Assembly (NCBI GenBank): GCA_963744995.1
Contig: CAVUWA010000002.1
Location: 256,001 to 320,000 of the forward strand
DNA length: 64,000 bases
Source of the DNA: Candidatus Eiseniibacteriota bacterium
GTDB lineage: Bacteria; Eisenbacteria; RBG-16-71-46
Direction: 5' to 3'
Shown here: piece by piece, positions 27,890 to 37,511 of the stretch
Numbering within the stretch: the stretch's first letter is position 1
Layout of the letters: each line of letters opens with the position of its first letter
Made by a program: the position numbers and the translations under genes
The notes under the pieces: generated by a model
What the model saw: the letters and a program-made list of their open reading frames with translations, nothing else
The model's database searches: none
What the model was told of the DNA's origin: nothing

Positions 27890-30610
27890 ATGCTCGCCTG
27901 GCTCTCCCGCCGCTTCCGCCTCGACGCCGACGAGACCCTGCACGCGGTCGTGCTCGGCATCGTGCTGTTCGCGCTCACCTCCTCCTACACGCTGGTCAAG
28001 ACCGCGCGCGACGCGCTCTACCTGGCGAATCTGCCCGCCGAGACCCTGCCACGCGTCTATCTCGGCGTCGGCATCGTGACGCTGATCGCCGCCGCCGTGT
28101 TCGCACGGCTGACGCGCCGGCTCTCGACGCTTGAAACCCTCGGCGGCACCGCGATGGTGTCGGCGATCTCCCTCACCGCCTTCGCCTGGCTGTTCCGCGT
28201 CGACGCACCGTGGGTGCCGGTCACCCTCTACGTCTGGGTCAACGTGTACGGCCTGCTGCTGATGTCGCAGTTCTGGGTGTTCGCGAACAGCATCTCGAAT
28301 CCGCGCGAGGCGAAACGCACCTACGGCATCATCGGCGTCGGGGGAATCCTGGGCGGACTGTTCGGCGGCATGGCCGCGCCGGGGCTCGCCGCGGCGTGGA
28401 ACCTGTCGGCGCTCATGGTCGTCTCGGCGGTCCTGCTGGTGGCGGCAGTGGGCATCGTCGCACTGAGCGCGCGGCGAGCGAACCTGCCGCCGCCCGAGCC
28501 CGCGCCCGCGGTCGAGGCGGAGACGCGCGCGCCGATGCGCCATCGCTACGTGCGCTGGCTGGCGCTCGCCGCGCTGTGCTCGGTGGTCGTGAGCGGCATG
28601 CTCGACTACCTCTTCAAAGTCGAGATCCAGCGTCGCTACGCGACCGCGGACGCGCTCGCCGGATTTCTGGGCATCTACTACATCGTGGTGAACCTCGCAT
28701 CGCTGACCATGCAGCTGTTCGTCACGCGCTGGGCGCTGCACAGGCTCGGTGCCGGGTGGTCCGCGCTCGTGCTGCCGGCGGGGCTCGGCGCGGGCGCCGT
28801 GGTCACGCTGACGCTGCCCGGCTTCGCCCCGGTGATCGCGACCCGGATCTGGGACCAGCTCACGCGGCAGTCCATCAACCGTTCGGCGATCGAGATGTTC
28901 TACTTCCCGCTCGAGCCCGCGTTGCGTCGGCGCGCGAAGAGCGTCATCGACGCGGGGCTCGAGCGGGTGGGGGACGGGCTCGCGGGGGCGGTGATCCTGC
29001 TGCTCGGCATGACGCTGGGCGCGGGCATCCAGGTCGTCGCCGGCGTGACGCTGGGGGTGATCGTGCTGTGGGCCTTCGCGTGGTTCGCGGTGCGTGGCGG
29101 CTACGTGGCGGAGCTCGGACGCAATCTGCGCCGCATGAATCTCGCGCCCCACGAGATGACGATGTCGCTGCGTGAAGCCGGCGTGCTGAACGAGATGGAT
29201 CACCTGCTCGACAGCGACTACGAGCGTGTCGTGCTGCACGCGATGGAGCTCATGCAGGAGATCGCCCCGCAACGGCTGGCGGCCCGGATTCCGGCACTGC
29301 TGGACCATCGCTCGCCCGCCGTGCGTGCGCGGGCCCTGCGCATCGGCCTCGCGCTCGGGGTGCCGGGCGTCAGCGAGCGCGCGGACGCGATGCTCGAGGA
29401 TCCGGCCGCCGAGGTACGCGTCGCCGCGCTGCGGGCGCACGCGGCGCTCGACTGCGACGATCCGACCGGCGTGCTCCAGCAGTTTCTCGAGGCGGACGAC
29501 GAACGCCTGCGACTCACGGCACTGCAGTGCATGATCGAATTCTCACCGCCGCGCGAAGAGGCGCGCGTCCTGGCACACATCGAGCCGCTGGCGCGGGGCG
29601 GCGACGCCACGATCCGCGCCGCGATCGCAGATGGGCTCGGGCGCCGCCCGGCCCCGTCCGCCCTGCACGATCTGCTCGGCCCCCTGCTGCGCGACGCGGA
29701 TTCCGGCGTGCGCCGCGCCGCCCTGGTGAGCGCCGGCCATGCACAGCGGCGCGTCCACATCCAGACGCTCATCGAAGCTCTTGCCGACCGCACGGTGCAG
29801 AAGGCCGCGCGCGCCGGACTCGTCGGCTACGGCAACCTGGTGGTCGGCACGCTCGCCGACTGGCTCATCGACCCCGGCGTCGCGATGCCGGTGCGGCGCG
29901 AGGTGCCGCGCGTGCTGGCGGACGTCGGGACGCAGGACGCACTCGACGCGCTGTTCCGCTATCGCGTGCACGAGGACGTACGCCTGTCGTACCGTGTGCT
30001 CAAGGCCGAGCATCACATCCGGATCCGCAACGAGTCGGTGCAGATGCCGCGGCGACTGATCACCGCGGACCTCGAGTACGATGCCCGCAGCCATCTGTTC
30101 GCGTTCGTGCACTACCGCGGCTGCCCGATCGGCGCCTGGCGCAGCGCCGAACGGCTGCTGTGCATCGTGCTCAACGAGCGCATGGAACAGGCGTTCGACC
30201 GCATGTTCCGCCGGCTCGCACTCATGTATCCGCCGCGCGACATCGACGCGGCGTACCGCGGCCTGCTCGCCGAGGACCGCCGCCGACGCGGCAACGCGCT
30301 CGAGTACCTCGACAACGCGCTGTCCGCCGAGCATCGTCGCATCCTCGCACCGTTCATCGAGGACGTGGGGGACGATGCGATGCTGCGCCACGCGGAGCGA
30401 CTCTACGGACTGCGCTTCGTGAGCTACCATGACTCGCTGGCCGCCATTCTGAGCGGCGACGACTCGTGGCTGCGCGCGTGCGCACTGTTCGTCGTCGGCG
30501 CGCGCCGCGAGGCCGGGCTCGCCGAAGGTGTCGAGCACAACCTGGCCGACCGCAATCCACAGGTGCGCGAGATCGCGCTCTGGGCGCGGGCGGCGCTGGG
30601 CACGACCTGA
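27890..30610 (+). CDS. Nucleotide (ATP/ADP, Npt/TLC-like) transporter domain fused to HEAT repeats
   Basis: Multi-TM N-half with KTARDAL and SQFWVFAN...REAKR.YG; C-half HEAT/PBS-like repeats (DPAAEVRVAALRA, DADSGVRRAALVS). Confidence 0.85.
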   Translation: MLAWLSRRFRLDADETLHAVVLGIVLFALTSSYTLVKTARDALYLANLPAETLPRVYLGVGIVTLIAAAVFARLTRRLSTLETLGGTAMVSAISLTAFAWLFRVDAPWVPVTLYVWVNVYGLLLMSQFWVFANSISNPREAKRTYGIIGVGGILGGLFGGMAAPGLAAAWNLSALMVVSAVLLVAAVGIVALSARRANLPPPEPAPAVEAETRAPMRHRYVRWLALAALCSVVVSGMLDYLFKVEIQRRYATADALAGFLGIYYIVVNLASLTMQLFVTRWALHRLGAGWSALVLPAGLGAGAVVTLTLPGFAPVIATRIWDQLTRQSINRSAIEMFYFPLEPALRRRAKSVIDAGLERVGDGLAGAVILLLGMTLGAGIQVVAGVTLGVIVLWAFAWFAVRGGYVAELGRNLRRMNLAPHEMTMSLREAGVLNEMDHLLDSDYERVVLHAMELMQEIAPQRLAARIPALLDHRSPAVRARALRIGLALGVPGVSERADAMLEDPAAEVRVAALRAHAALDCDDPTGVLQQFLEADDERLRLTALQCMIEFSPPREEARVLAHIEPLARGGDATIRAAIADGLGRRPAPSALHDLLGPLLRDADSGVRRAALVSAGHAQRRVHIQTLIEALADRTVQKAARAGLVGYGNLVVGTLADWLIDPGVAMPVRREVPRVLADVGTQDALDALFRYRVHEDVRLSYRVLKAEHHIRIRNESVQMPRRLITADLEYDARSHLFAFVHYRGCPIGAWRSAERLLCIVLNERMEQAFDRMFRRLALMYPPRDIDAAYRGLLAEDRRRRGNALEYLDNALSAEHRRILAPFIEDVGDDAMLRHAERLYGLRFVSYHDSLAAILSGDDSWLRACALFVVGARREAGLAEGVEHNLADRNPQVREIALWARAALGTT

Positions 30611-30630
30611 AACCGTCTTCTGGAGCGGAC

Positions 30631-31206
30631 ATGAAGGAAACCCTGACCCTGGTCGAGAAGACCGCGTTCCTCAAGAGCGTGGACTCTCTCTCGTCCATTC
30701 CGACCGAGGCGCTGGCGGAGCTGGCCGGTCGCGCCCGCGAGCAGCACTTCGACGCGGGCGACCGCATCTTCGCCGAGGGCGAACCGAACCGTGGCACGTT
30801 TCTCGTGGTGGACGGCGTCGTCATGCTGCGGATCGGCGGCGCCGTAGTGCGTGTGGTGCGACCGGGCATGGCGTTCGGCGAGCTGTTCCTCGCCGAGGGT
30901 GAGCCGCACCGCATGACCGCCGACGTGGTCGAGCACTCGCACGTCCTGAACGTCACCACCGAGGACATCTTCGATGCGATGGGTGACTATCCGGAGTTCG
31001 GCGCCTCGATCGTGCGCTCGATGTCGCGGCAGATGCTGGTGCTGAACCAGCGCATCGTCGAAATGGAGCACCTCCTGGCCCGGTTCCACGACGCGCTGAT
31101 CAAAGCGGGCATCGAGCCTCCGGAGAAGGACCCGGAACCGCACGTGGCACCGGCGCCGCGCTTGAAGGAGGACGACCTCATCGCCGGCCCCGCGGAGGAA
31201 ACATGA
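30631..31206 (+). CDS. Cyclic-nucleotide-binding domain protein
   Basis: GGAG RBS; LVEK.AFLKSV..LS.IP, GDRIFAEGE, FLVVDG.V and FGEL motifs. Confidence 0.85.
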   Translation: MKETLTLVEKTAFLKSVDSLSSIPTEALAELAGRAREQHFDAGDRIFAEGEPNRGTFLVVDGVVMLRIGGAVVRVVRPGMAFGELFLAEGEPHRMTADVVEHSHVLNVTTEDIFDAMGDYPEFGASIVRSMSRQMLVLNQRIVEMEHLLARFHDALIKAGIEPPEKDPEPHVAPAPRLKEDDLIAGPAEET

Positions 31207-32414
31207 ACCACCGTTACGTGATCGTCGGCGGCGGGCTGGCCGCAGCGTCGGCAGTCGAAGGCATTCGCGCGCACGACCGCGAGGGCTCGATTCTCGTCGT
31301 CTCGCGCGAGAACCACTCGCCGTACAACCGGCCGCCGCTCTCGAAAGGGCTCTGGTTCGGCAAGGAGACCATCGACCAGCTGCCCGTCCATCCCGAGTCG
31401 TACTACGTCGAGCACGGCGTCACCCTTGCCCTGCGCCGCGAGGTCGTCGAGATCGACCCCGGATCGAAGCGGCTCTGGGACGACCGCGGCGTCGCCTACG
31501 GCTACGAAAAGCTGCTGCTGGCCACGGGGGGCAAGCCGCGGCTGCTCGACGCGACCGTGGATCCGAGCAGCAACGTGCACTACTTCCGCACCCTCGAGGA
31601 CTACCTCGTGCTGCGCGAGAACCTCGAGCGCGTGCAGCACACGCTGGTCGTGGGCGGCGGGTTCATCGGCCTCGAGATCGCCGCGGCGCTGCGCCATGCG
31701 GGGCAGGAGGTCACGCTCATCTACAAGGGCGAGTACCCGCTGCGGCGGGTGCTGCCGCGCGAGCTCGGGCTCGCGGTCGCCGACTACTACCGCCGGCACG
31801 GGATCGAGACCGTGTCGAACGATGCGATCGCCGAGCTCGTCGGGCAGGGCGGCCTGATCCAGGGGCGCACGCGCATGGGGAACACCGTGACCACGCAGCA
31901 GGTGGTCGTCGGCATCGGCATCGTGCCGCACGTCGAGCTGGCCGAGGCCGCCGGACTGGACGTCAACGCGGGGATCGAAGTCGACGAGTTCGCCCGCACG
32001 ACCGATGCGAACATCTACGCCGCGGGTGACGTCGCGGAGTTCCCGTGCCTGCCGCTCGGCCAGCGCATGCGGATCGAGCACTGGGATCACGCCAAGGCGC
32101 ACGGGCGCGCTGCCGGCGAGAACATGGCGGGCGCGAGCGCCGCATACGAGCACCTGCCGATGTTCTGGTCGGATTTCTTCGACCTCGGTTGGGAAGCGGT
32201 CGGCGAACTGGACCCGAGCCTGGACGTCGATGCGGTGTGGACGAAAGAGCTCGAGGAGGGCGTCCTGTTTTACACGCGCGAGGACGTCGTGCGCGGAATG
32301 CTCATGTGGAACTCGTGGGACAAGGTCGAGTGGGCGCGCGGGCTCATTCGCGAGGCGAAGCCGATGACGCACGAGGAGCGGGTGGCATCGATCCCGGCGG
32401 AGGAAGGTGACTAG
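31203..32414 (+). CDS. FAD/NAD(P)H-dependent oxidoreductase (ferredoxin-reductase/AIF-like)
   Basis: IVGGGLAA, PYNRPPLSK, LLATGG, VVGGGFIGLE, IYAAGDVA, RIEHWDHA and PMFWSD. Confidence 0.92.
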   Translation: MNHRYVIVGGGLAAASAVEGIRAHDREGSILVVSRENHSPYNRPPLSKGLWFGKETIDQLPVHPESYYVEHGVTLALRREVVEIDPGSKRLWDDRGVAYGYEKLLLATGGKPRLLDATVDPSSNVHYFRTLEDYLVLRENLERVQHTLVVGGGFIGLEIAAALRHAGQEVTLIYKGEYPLRRVLPRELGLAVADYYRRHGIETVSNDAIAELVGQGGLIQGRTRMGNTVTTQQVVVGIGIVPHVELAEAAGLDVNAGIEVDEFARTTDANIYAAGDVAEFPCLPLGQRMRIEHWDHAKAHGRAAGENMAGASAAYEHLPMFWSDFFDLGWEAVGELDPSLDVDAVWTKELEEGVLFYTREDVVRGMLMWNSWDKVEWARGLIREAKPMTHEERVASIPAEEGD

Positions 32415-32632
32415 GCGCTCTCACCCCCTTCCGTCGCCAGTCCGCACGCGCATCCGGCGATGCCGGCCCGCACATCGATATCGCGCCGGTCGAGGGAGGC
32501 GAGGCGCCTCCGAATCCCATCGTGCATGCCGCTCGCGATGCTCGCGTGGGTGGCTCGTTTCGACTGGCGCACCGTTCCCGTGAACGGGCAGTCGTGCGCA
32601 AGACCGAGGCACTCCCGGCAGCCGGGGCACAG

Positions 32633-32671
32633 ACGAAACTGCCGCCCCCGGTATCGGAACGGCAGTCTCGT
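32633..32671. terminator. Hairpin between convergent genes (possible terminator)
   Basis: ACGAAACTGCCG...CGGCAGTCTCGT inverted repeat with one mismatch, about 20 nt past the stop of the 32693 gene. Confidence 0.45.
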
Positions 32672-32692
32672 GCGTACGGGCTGTGCGGCAGC

Positions 32693-32890
32693 CTAGTGCC
32701 TGATGGCCACGACCTCGGCCATTTCGGCCGGCGCGGTCGCGGCGCCGCTCTTGAGCGCGGTCATGATCTGCTCGACGAGCGGGGCCGGAAGGGTCTTGCT
32801 GAAGTACTCGGTCATGAACTCGACCGTGGACTTCGACTGCTCCGGGGTGAGGTGCGCGCGCTGGCCGAGCTGCTGAATGAAGTGTTCCAT
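32693..32890 (-). CDS. Small helical protein (65 aa), DUF2267-like
   Basis: AGGAGG RBS, ATG at 32890; MEHFIQQLGQRAHLTPEQ...YFSKTLPAPL..QI pattern. Confidence 0.6.
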   Translation of the reverse strand: MEHFIQQLGQRAHLTPEQSKSTVEFMTEYFSKTLPAPLVEQIMTALKSGAATAPAEMAEVVAIRH

Positions 32891-33297
32891 GTGAGCCTCC
32901 TGATGACTTGCGAACTCCCGTCGACGCAGCCAGGCGGACTCGTTGTCGGCATAGAGGGCGGAGAAAGGCAGAACGCATGAATTGCAGTGCGAGGAGTTCG
33001 GGATGCCCGCAGCCAACCGGTCCGGGCGTCTTACTCACGAGCACCGCGAGAACGGATCATGCACGATCCCGGGTCGAGGAATGCCCTGTCCGCGTCAATC
33101 TTGCCCTCGTGCCCTCCGGGCCGTCGCGTGGGGCTCGAATCGCAGACGGGCTCGAACCCGATCCGCCGGCGGTGTGGGGGCGCGTGACGCAGCGGCGGTT
33201 GAGGCCTGGCGCCTGACCGGCACGCCGACCATGTGGGTGCAGTCGAGCCCTGCTCCCCGGCGGGCAGGCATGATCGGCCTGCGAACGGGCCGCAGAC

Positions 33298-34221
33298 CTA
33301 CGTCACGTCGCGCTTGTCCTGCGGGTCCAGCGCATCACGCAGGCCGTCGCCGAGGAAGTTGAAGCACATCAGCGTGACCGAGAGCGCGAGGCCCGGGAAG
33401 ATCACCAGCCACGGGAACAGCGCCAGCAGCTTGGCGCCGTCGGCGACCAGCGTTCCCCACGAGGCGGCCGGCGGCTGCACGCCGAGCCCGAGGAACGAGA
33501 GGAAGGCTTCCTGCAGGATGATCGCCGGCACGGTGAGCGTGGTGTAGACGATCACCGGGCCGAGCGTATTGGGCACGATGTGCCGGAAGATGATCGCGAG
33601 GTCGCTGGCGCCGAGCGCGCGCGCCGCCTCGACGAAGTTCTGCGACTTGATCGACAGCACCTGGCCGCGGACGATGCGCGCCATCGTCAGCCACTGCACG
33701 AGCCCGAGCGCGATGAACAGCATGAGCAGGCTGCGGCTGAAGAACACCAGCAGCAGGATCACCAGGAAGATGTACGGCAACGAGTACAACACGTCGACGA
33801 ACCGCATCAGGAGCTCGTCCGTCCGTCCGCCGACGTAGCCGGACAGCGCGCCGTAGCTCACCCCGATGACCAGGCTGACGAGCGTCGCGACCACCCCGAC
33901 CAGCAGCGAGATCCGGCCGCCGTAGATCACGCGCGCGAGCGTGTCACGGCCGAGTTCGTCGGTACCGAACCAGTGCAGCAGCGAGGGCGGCGAGGCGCCG
34001 AGCGCCAGATTCTGGGCGGCCGGATCCGCGAGCCCCGGCAGCCACGGCGCCGTGATCGCCAGCAGCGAGATGATCGCCAGCACCACCGCCGACAGCACCG
34101 CGGCGCGGTTCTTCCGCACCCGCCGGATCGCGTCGCTCCACAGGCTCTCCGGGCGGCGGCCGGAGAGGGCGGGCTCGGCGTCGGGAGTGAGCGGCAAGGC
34201 CGGGAGCGAGCCCGCGCTCAC
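33298..34221 (-). CDS. oppC: Oligopeptide-type ABC transporter permease
   Basis: HWFGTDELGRD, GGRISL and FVEAARALGAS (EAA motif). Confidence 0.9.
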   Translation of the reverse strand: MSAGSLPALPLTPDAEPALSGRRPESLWSDAIRRVRKNRAAVLSAVVLAIISLLAITAPWLPGLADPAAQNLALGASPPSLLHWFGTDELGRDTLARVIYGGRISLLVGVVATLVSLVIGVSYGALSGYVGGRTDELLMRFVDVLYSLPYIFLVILLLVFFSRSLLMLFIALGLVQWLTMARIVRGQVLSIKSQNFVEAARALGASDLAIIFRHIVPNTLGPVIVYTTLTVPAIILQEAFLSFLGLGVQPPAASWGTLVADGAKLLALFPWLVIFPGLALSVTLMCFNFLGDGLRDALDPQDKRDVT

Positions 34222-35141
34222 GCCAGCTCCACGCGCGGATCGATCCACGTGTAGGCGACGTCCACCAGCAGGTTCAGGAGCAGCAGGAACAGCGCGTAGA
34301 AGATGATGATGCCCATGACCACCGTGTAGTCGCGGTTGAACGCGCCCTGCACGAGATGGGTGCCGAGCCCGGGGATGGCGAAGATGCTCTCGATGACGAT
34401 CGAGCCGGTGACGACGCGCGCCGCCGCCGGACCGAGGAACGACACCACCGGCAGGATGCCGAGCTTCAGGGCGTGCTTCACCACCACGACGCGGTTCGGC
34501 AGGCCCTTGGCGTAGGCGGTGCGGATGAAGTCCTGGCGCAGCACCTCGAGCATGCCGGCGCGGGTGAGCCGCGCGATGTAGGCGAGGTAGATGCCCGACA
34601 GCGTGAGCACGGGAAGAATGCGGCTCTCGGGGCCCTGCCACAGCGCGGGCGGCAGCCAGTAGAGGGTCAGCGAGAACAACAGCACCAGCAACGGACCGAG
34701 CACGAAGTTCGGCACCGAGACGCCGATCAGCGCGGCGGCCATCGAGACGTGATCCCATGCGCCGTTCTGTTTGAGCGCCGCGACGACGCCGATCGGCACG
34801 CCGATCACGATCGCCACCAGCAGCGCCCAGGCCCCGAGCTCGAGCGACACGGGAAAGGCCTCGGCGATGATCTCGCTCACCTGCTTCTGCGAGAAGCGGT
34901 AGGAGGGACCGAAGTCGAGCCGCACCGCGTTCGACAGGAAGCGGCCGTACTGGACGAGCAGCGGCTGGTCGAGCCCGTACTTCTTCTCGAGCTGCGCGCG
35001 CGCGGTCTCCGGAATCTCGCGCTCGGCGAGGAACGGGCCGCCCGGCGCGAGCCGCATCATGAAGAACGTCAGCGTGCCGATCACCCACAGCGTCGGGATC
35101 ATGAGCAGCAGCCGGCGGGTGATGATCGCCCAGAGGCTCAA
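34218..35141 (-). CDS. oppB: Oligopeptide-type ABC transporter permease
   Basis: RLAPGGPF, YGLDQPL..QY, DFIRTAYAKGL and DPRV; TTG start overlapping the upstream stop. Confidence 0.9.
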   Translation of the reverse strand: MSLWAIITRRLLLMIPTLWVIGTLTFFMMRLAPGGPFLAEREIPETARAQLEKKYGLDQPLLVQYGRFLSNAVRLDFGPSYRFSQKQVSEIIAEAFPVSLELGAWALLVAIVIGVPIGVVAALKQNGAWDHVSMAAALIGVSVPNFVLGPLLVLLFSLTLYWLPPALWQGPESRILPVLTLSGIYLAYIARLTRAGMLEVLRQDFIRTAYAKGLPNRVVVVKHALKLGILPVVSFLGPAAARVVTGSIVIESIFAIPGLGTHLVQGAFNRDYTVVMGIIIFYALFLLLLNLLVDVAYTWIDPRVELA

Positions 35142-36847
35142 TGCGCGCTCCGGCCGGCGCCCGCGGCCATCGAGACCCGCGCCGTATCGCCCGCCGCGTC
35201 GCCGGCTACGGCCGGGACGCGCTCGCGCCAGGCGTGATCGATCCACACGTGCTGCAGCGGGTGCGTGTCGAGCGCGGTGCGGTAGAGCCCGCGCACGTAG
35301 GGCTTCAGCAGCTCGTTGGTCGAGTAGTGATAGATCGGCAGCACGACCGAAGAGGACAGCAGCAGCGCTTCGGCATCGCGCATCTCCGTGAAGCGCTTCT
35401 TCGGATCGAGCTCGGCGGACGCGCGCCTGAGCAGTGCGTCGTAGCGTGGATCGCTCCAGCCGGTCCGGTTGTTGCCGTCGCCGGTCATGAAGATGGCAAG
35501 GAACGTATTGGGGTCGAGGTAATCGCCGATCCACGAGCGGCGCGCCACGTCGTAGTCGAGTGACGTCTGCGCCGCCAGGTAGGAGCCCCACTCCTTGTTC
35601 TCGAGCTCGACGTTGATCCCCAGCTCGCGCTTCCACATCGCCTGGATCGCCTCGGCGATCCGGCGATGATCCTCGCTGGTGTTGAAGAGGATGCCGATCT
35701 TGCGCATGCCCTGGCCGCCGGGAAAGCCGGCCCGCGCCAGACACTCGCGCGCGTAGTCGGGGTCGAACTGAATCGGATCCGGCGGCACGTAACCGGGATA
35801 GCCGGACGGCGCGAACAGACCCCAGGGATCGCGGCTCTTCTTGAGCAGCTCGTCGGTGATCGCCCTGCGGTCGATCGCGTAGTTGAGCGCGCGCCGCACC
35901 CACACGTTGTCGAGCGGCGGCCGGGTGACGTTCACCGAGTAGAAGTAGGTGCCCTGATAGCGTCCCTGCCGATAGTCGTCGAACTGGCGCATGTAGGGAA
36001 TGAACTGCGACGGAATGTAGCCGCTCGGGTTCCAGTCGATCACGCCGGCCTTGTAGAGGTTGGTGGACGTGTTCAGGACCTCGACCGAGTAGGCGATGAC
36101 CTTCTGGAGCCGCACCGAGTCGGCGTTCCAGTAGCCGGGATTCTTCACGAACGTGAAGTGATCACGCTGCCGCCATTCGGTGAGCAGAAACGGCCCGTTG
36201 CCGACGACGTGCTCCGGCTGCGTCCAGCGGTCGCCCCACTTTTCGATCACGTGCCTGGGCACCGGCAGGTACGTGTAGAACTGGGTGAGAAACAGGAAGT
36301 ACGAGGTCGGCGATTCGAGGGTGACCACGAAGGTGCTGTCGTCGGGCGCCGCGAGGCCCAGGGCGCTCGTATCGGCCTCGCTCCTGTTGAAGGCCTCGGC
36401 GCCCCGGATGGGATAGAGGATGCCTGCGTACTTCGCGGCCGTCGCGGGATCGAGGACGCGGCGCCACGACCAGAGGAAGTCGCGTGCGCCGAGCGGGGTG
36501 CCGTCGCTCCAGTGGAGGCCGGGGCGGAGGTGAAACGTGTAGGTGAGGCCGTCCGCGCTCACCTCCCAGCGGCAGGCGGCGCCGGGGCGCGGGTCCAGCG
36601 TCTCGGGGTCGGGCGTGGTCAGGCCCTCGAAGATCATGCGCGCCACGCGACCGTCGGGCTGGCCGCTCATGAGTCCGGGATCGGTGCTCTGCGGTTCGGG
36701 GCCGTTGTTGAACCGGAGCACCTGGCCCGCGGGCGGCTTCACGCTGCCGAAGTAGTGGGACGAGGAAGCGGGCCGGACGTCGCCACCGCCGGCGCAGCCC
36801 CACACGAACAGCGCGGCCAGCGCGGTACTCCACAGGGCGGGTTTCAT
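35138..36847 (-). CDS. oppA: Family-5 (OppA-like) ABC substrate-binding lipoprotein
   Basis: Lipobox VWGC; EPQSTDP, WEVSADGLTYTFHLR, WSDG.P, VRRALNYAIDR and WIGDY.DP. Confidence 0.9.
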   Translation of the reverse strand: MKPALWSTALAALFVWGCAGGGDVRPASSSHYFGSVKPPAGQVLRFNNGPEPQSTDPGLMSGQPDGRVARMIFEGLTTPDPETLDPRPGAACRWEVSADGLTYTFHLRPGLHWSDGTPLGARDFLWSWRRVLDPATAAKYAGILYPIRGAEAFNRSEADTSALGLAAPDDSTFVVTLESPTSYFLFLTQFYTYLPVPRHVIEKWGDRWTQPEHVVGNGPFLLTEWRQRDHFTFVKNPGYWNADSVRLQKVIAYSVEVLNTSTNLYKAGVIDWNPSGYIPSQFIPYMRQFDDYRQGRYQGTYFYSVNVTRPPLDNVWVRRALNYAIDRRAITDELLKKSRDPWGLFAPSGYPGYVPPDPIQFDPDYARECLARAGFPGGQGMRKIGILFNTSEDHRRIAEAIQAMWKRELGINVELENKEWGSYLAAQTSLDYDVARRSWIGDYLDPNTFLAIFMTGDGNNRTGWSDPRYDALLRRASAELDPKKRFTEMRDAEALLLSSSVVLPIYHYSTNELLKPYVRGLYRTALDTHPLQHVWIDHAWRERVPAVAGDAAGDTARVSMAAGAGRSAH

Positions 36848-37140
36848 GGGTGGCGCAGTATAGCAGCCGGGTTCCGGGGCGCGCGCCGGGGGCATTTGGC
36901 GCAGGCACCATGGCCGTTCGGGTGTAAGGAAGCGGCGACACTTTCTCGCGTGCGCCGGCGCGCGTGCGGGCCGCGCCGGCGCCGCGTTCGCATACAGCCG
37001 GTTGGAGCCCAACGCACTGCGCGTTCGGCCGGGGCGCTGCGCGCGACTGGCAGGCCTCTTGCGCAATGAAAGGGGGAGAGACGGTCTGAACGCGCGTGGC
37101 CACGGCATCGCGCGAAATCCCCCCAATGTCTGGAGTCCAT

Positions 37141-37362
37141 GTGAGCGGCAGCGCGCCCTACATCCAGTGCGGCCTCTGCGGTCACCGGCATCCCGCCGGT
37201 CGCGCGCGCGCGCGTGGCTACATCGACTGCTCCTGCGGTCTCAGGCTCGCGGCGCCGTCCGGTGCCCGAATCCGCCACCGGCTGGCCGGCGTGCTCATCG
37301 GCGTCGGCATCGCTGCCGCCGTCAGCGGTGTGGCCTATCTCTGGGCGCGCGGTCTGGGCTGA
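37141..37362 (+). CDS. Small zinc-ribbon membrane-anchored protein
   Basis: GGAG RBS before GTG; CGLC...CSCG followed by one C-terminal TM helix. Confidence 0.5.
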   Translation: MSGSAPYIQCGLCGHRHPAGRARARGYIDCSCGLRLAAPSGARIRHRLAGVLIGVGIAAAVSGVAYLWARGLG

Positions 37363-37511
37363 CTCGGAACCGGGGCCAGCCCCCGGCGCCTCCGACAGAG
37401 TCGCCCTGCCGCGCGTCCGTTGTCCGACGCGCGGCCGCTCCCGCCGGCCTCCCGCGCGGGGTCCGGGGACGGCACACGCGCGACGCGCCGCCCGGCTATG
37501 ATCGCCGCTCC

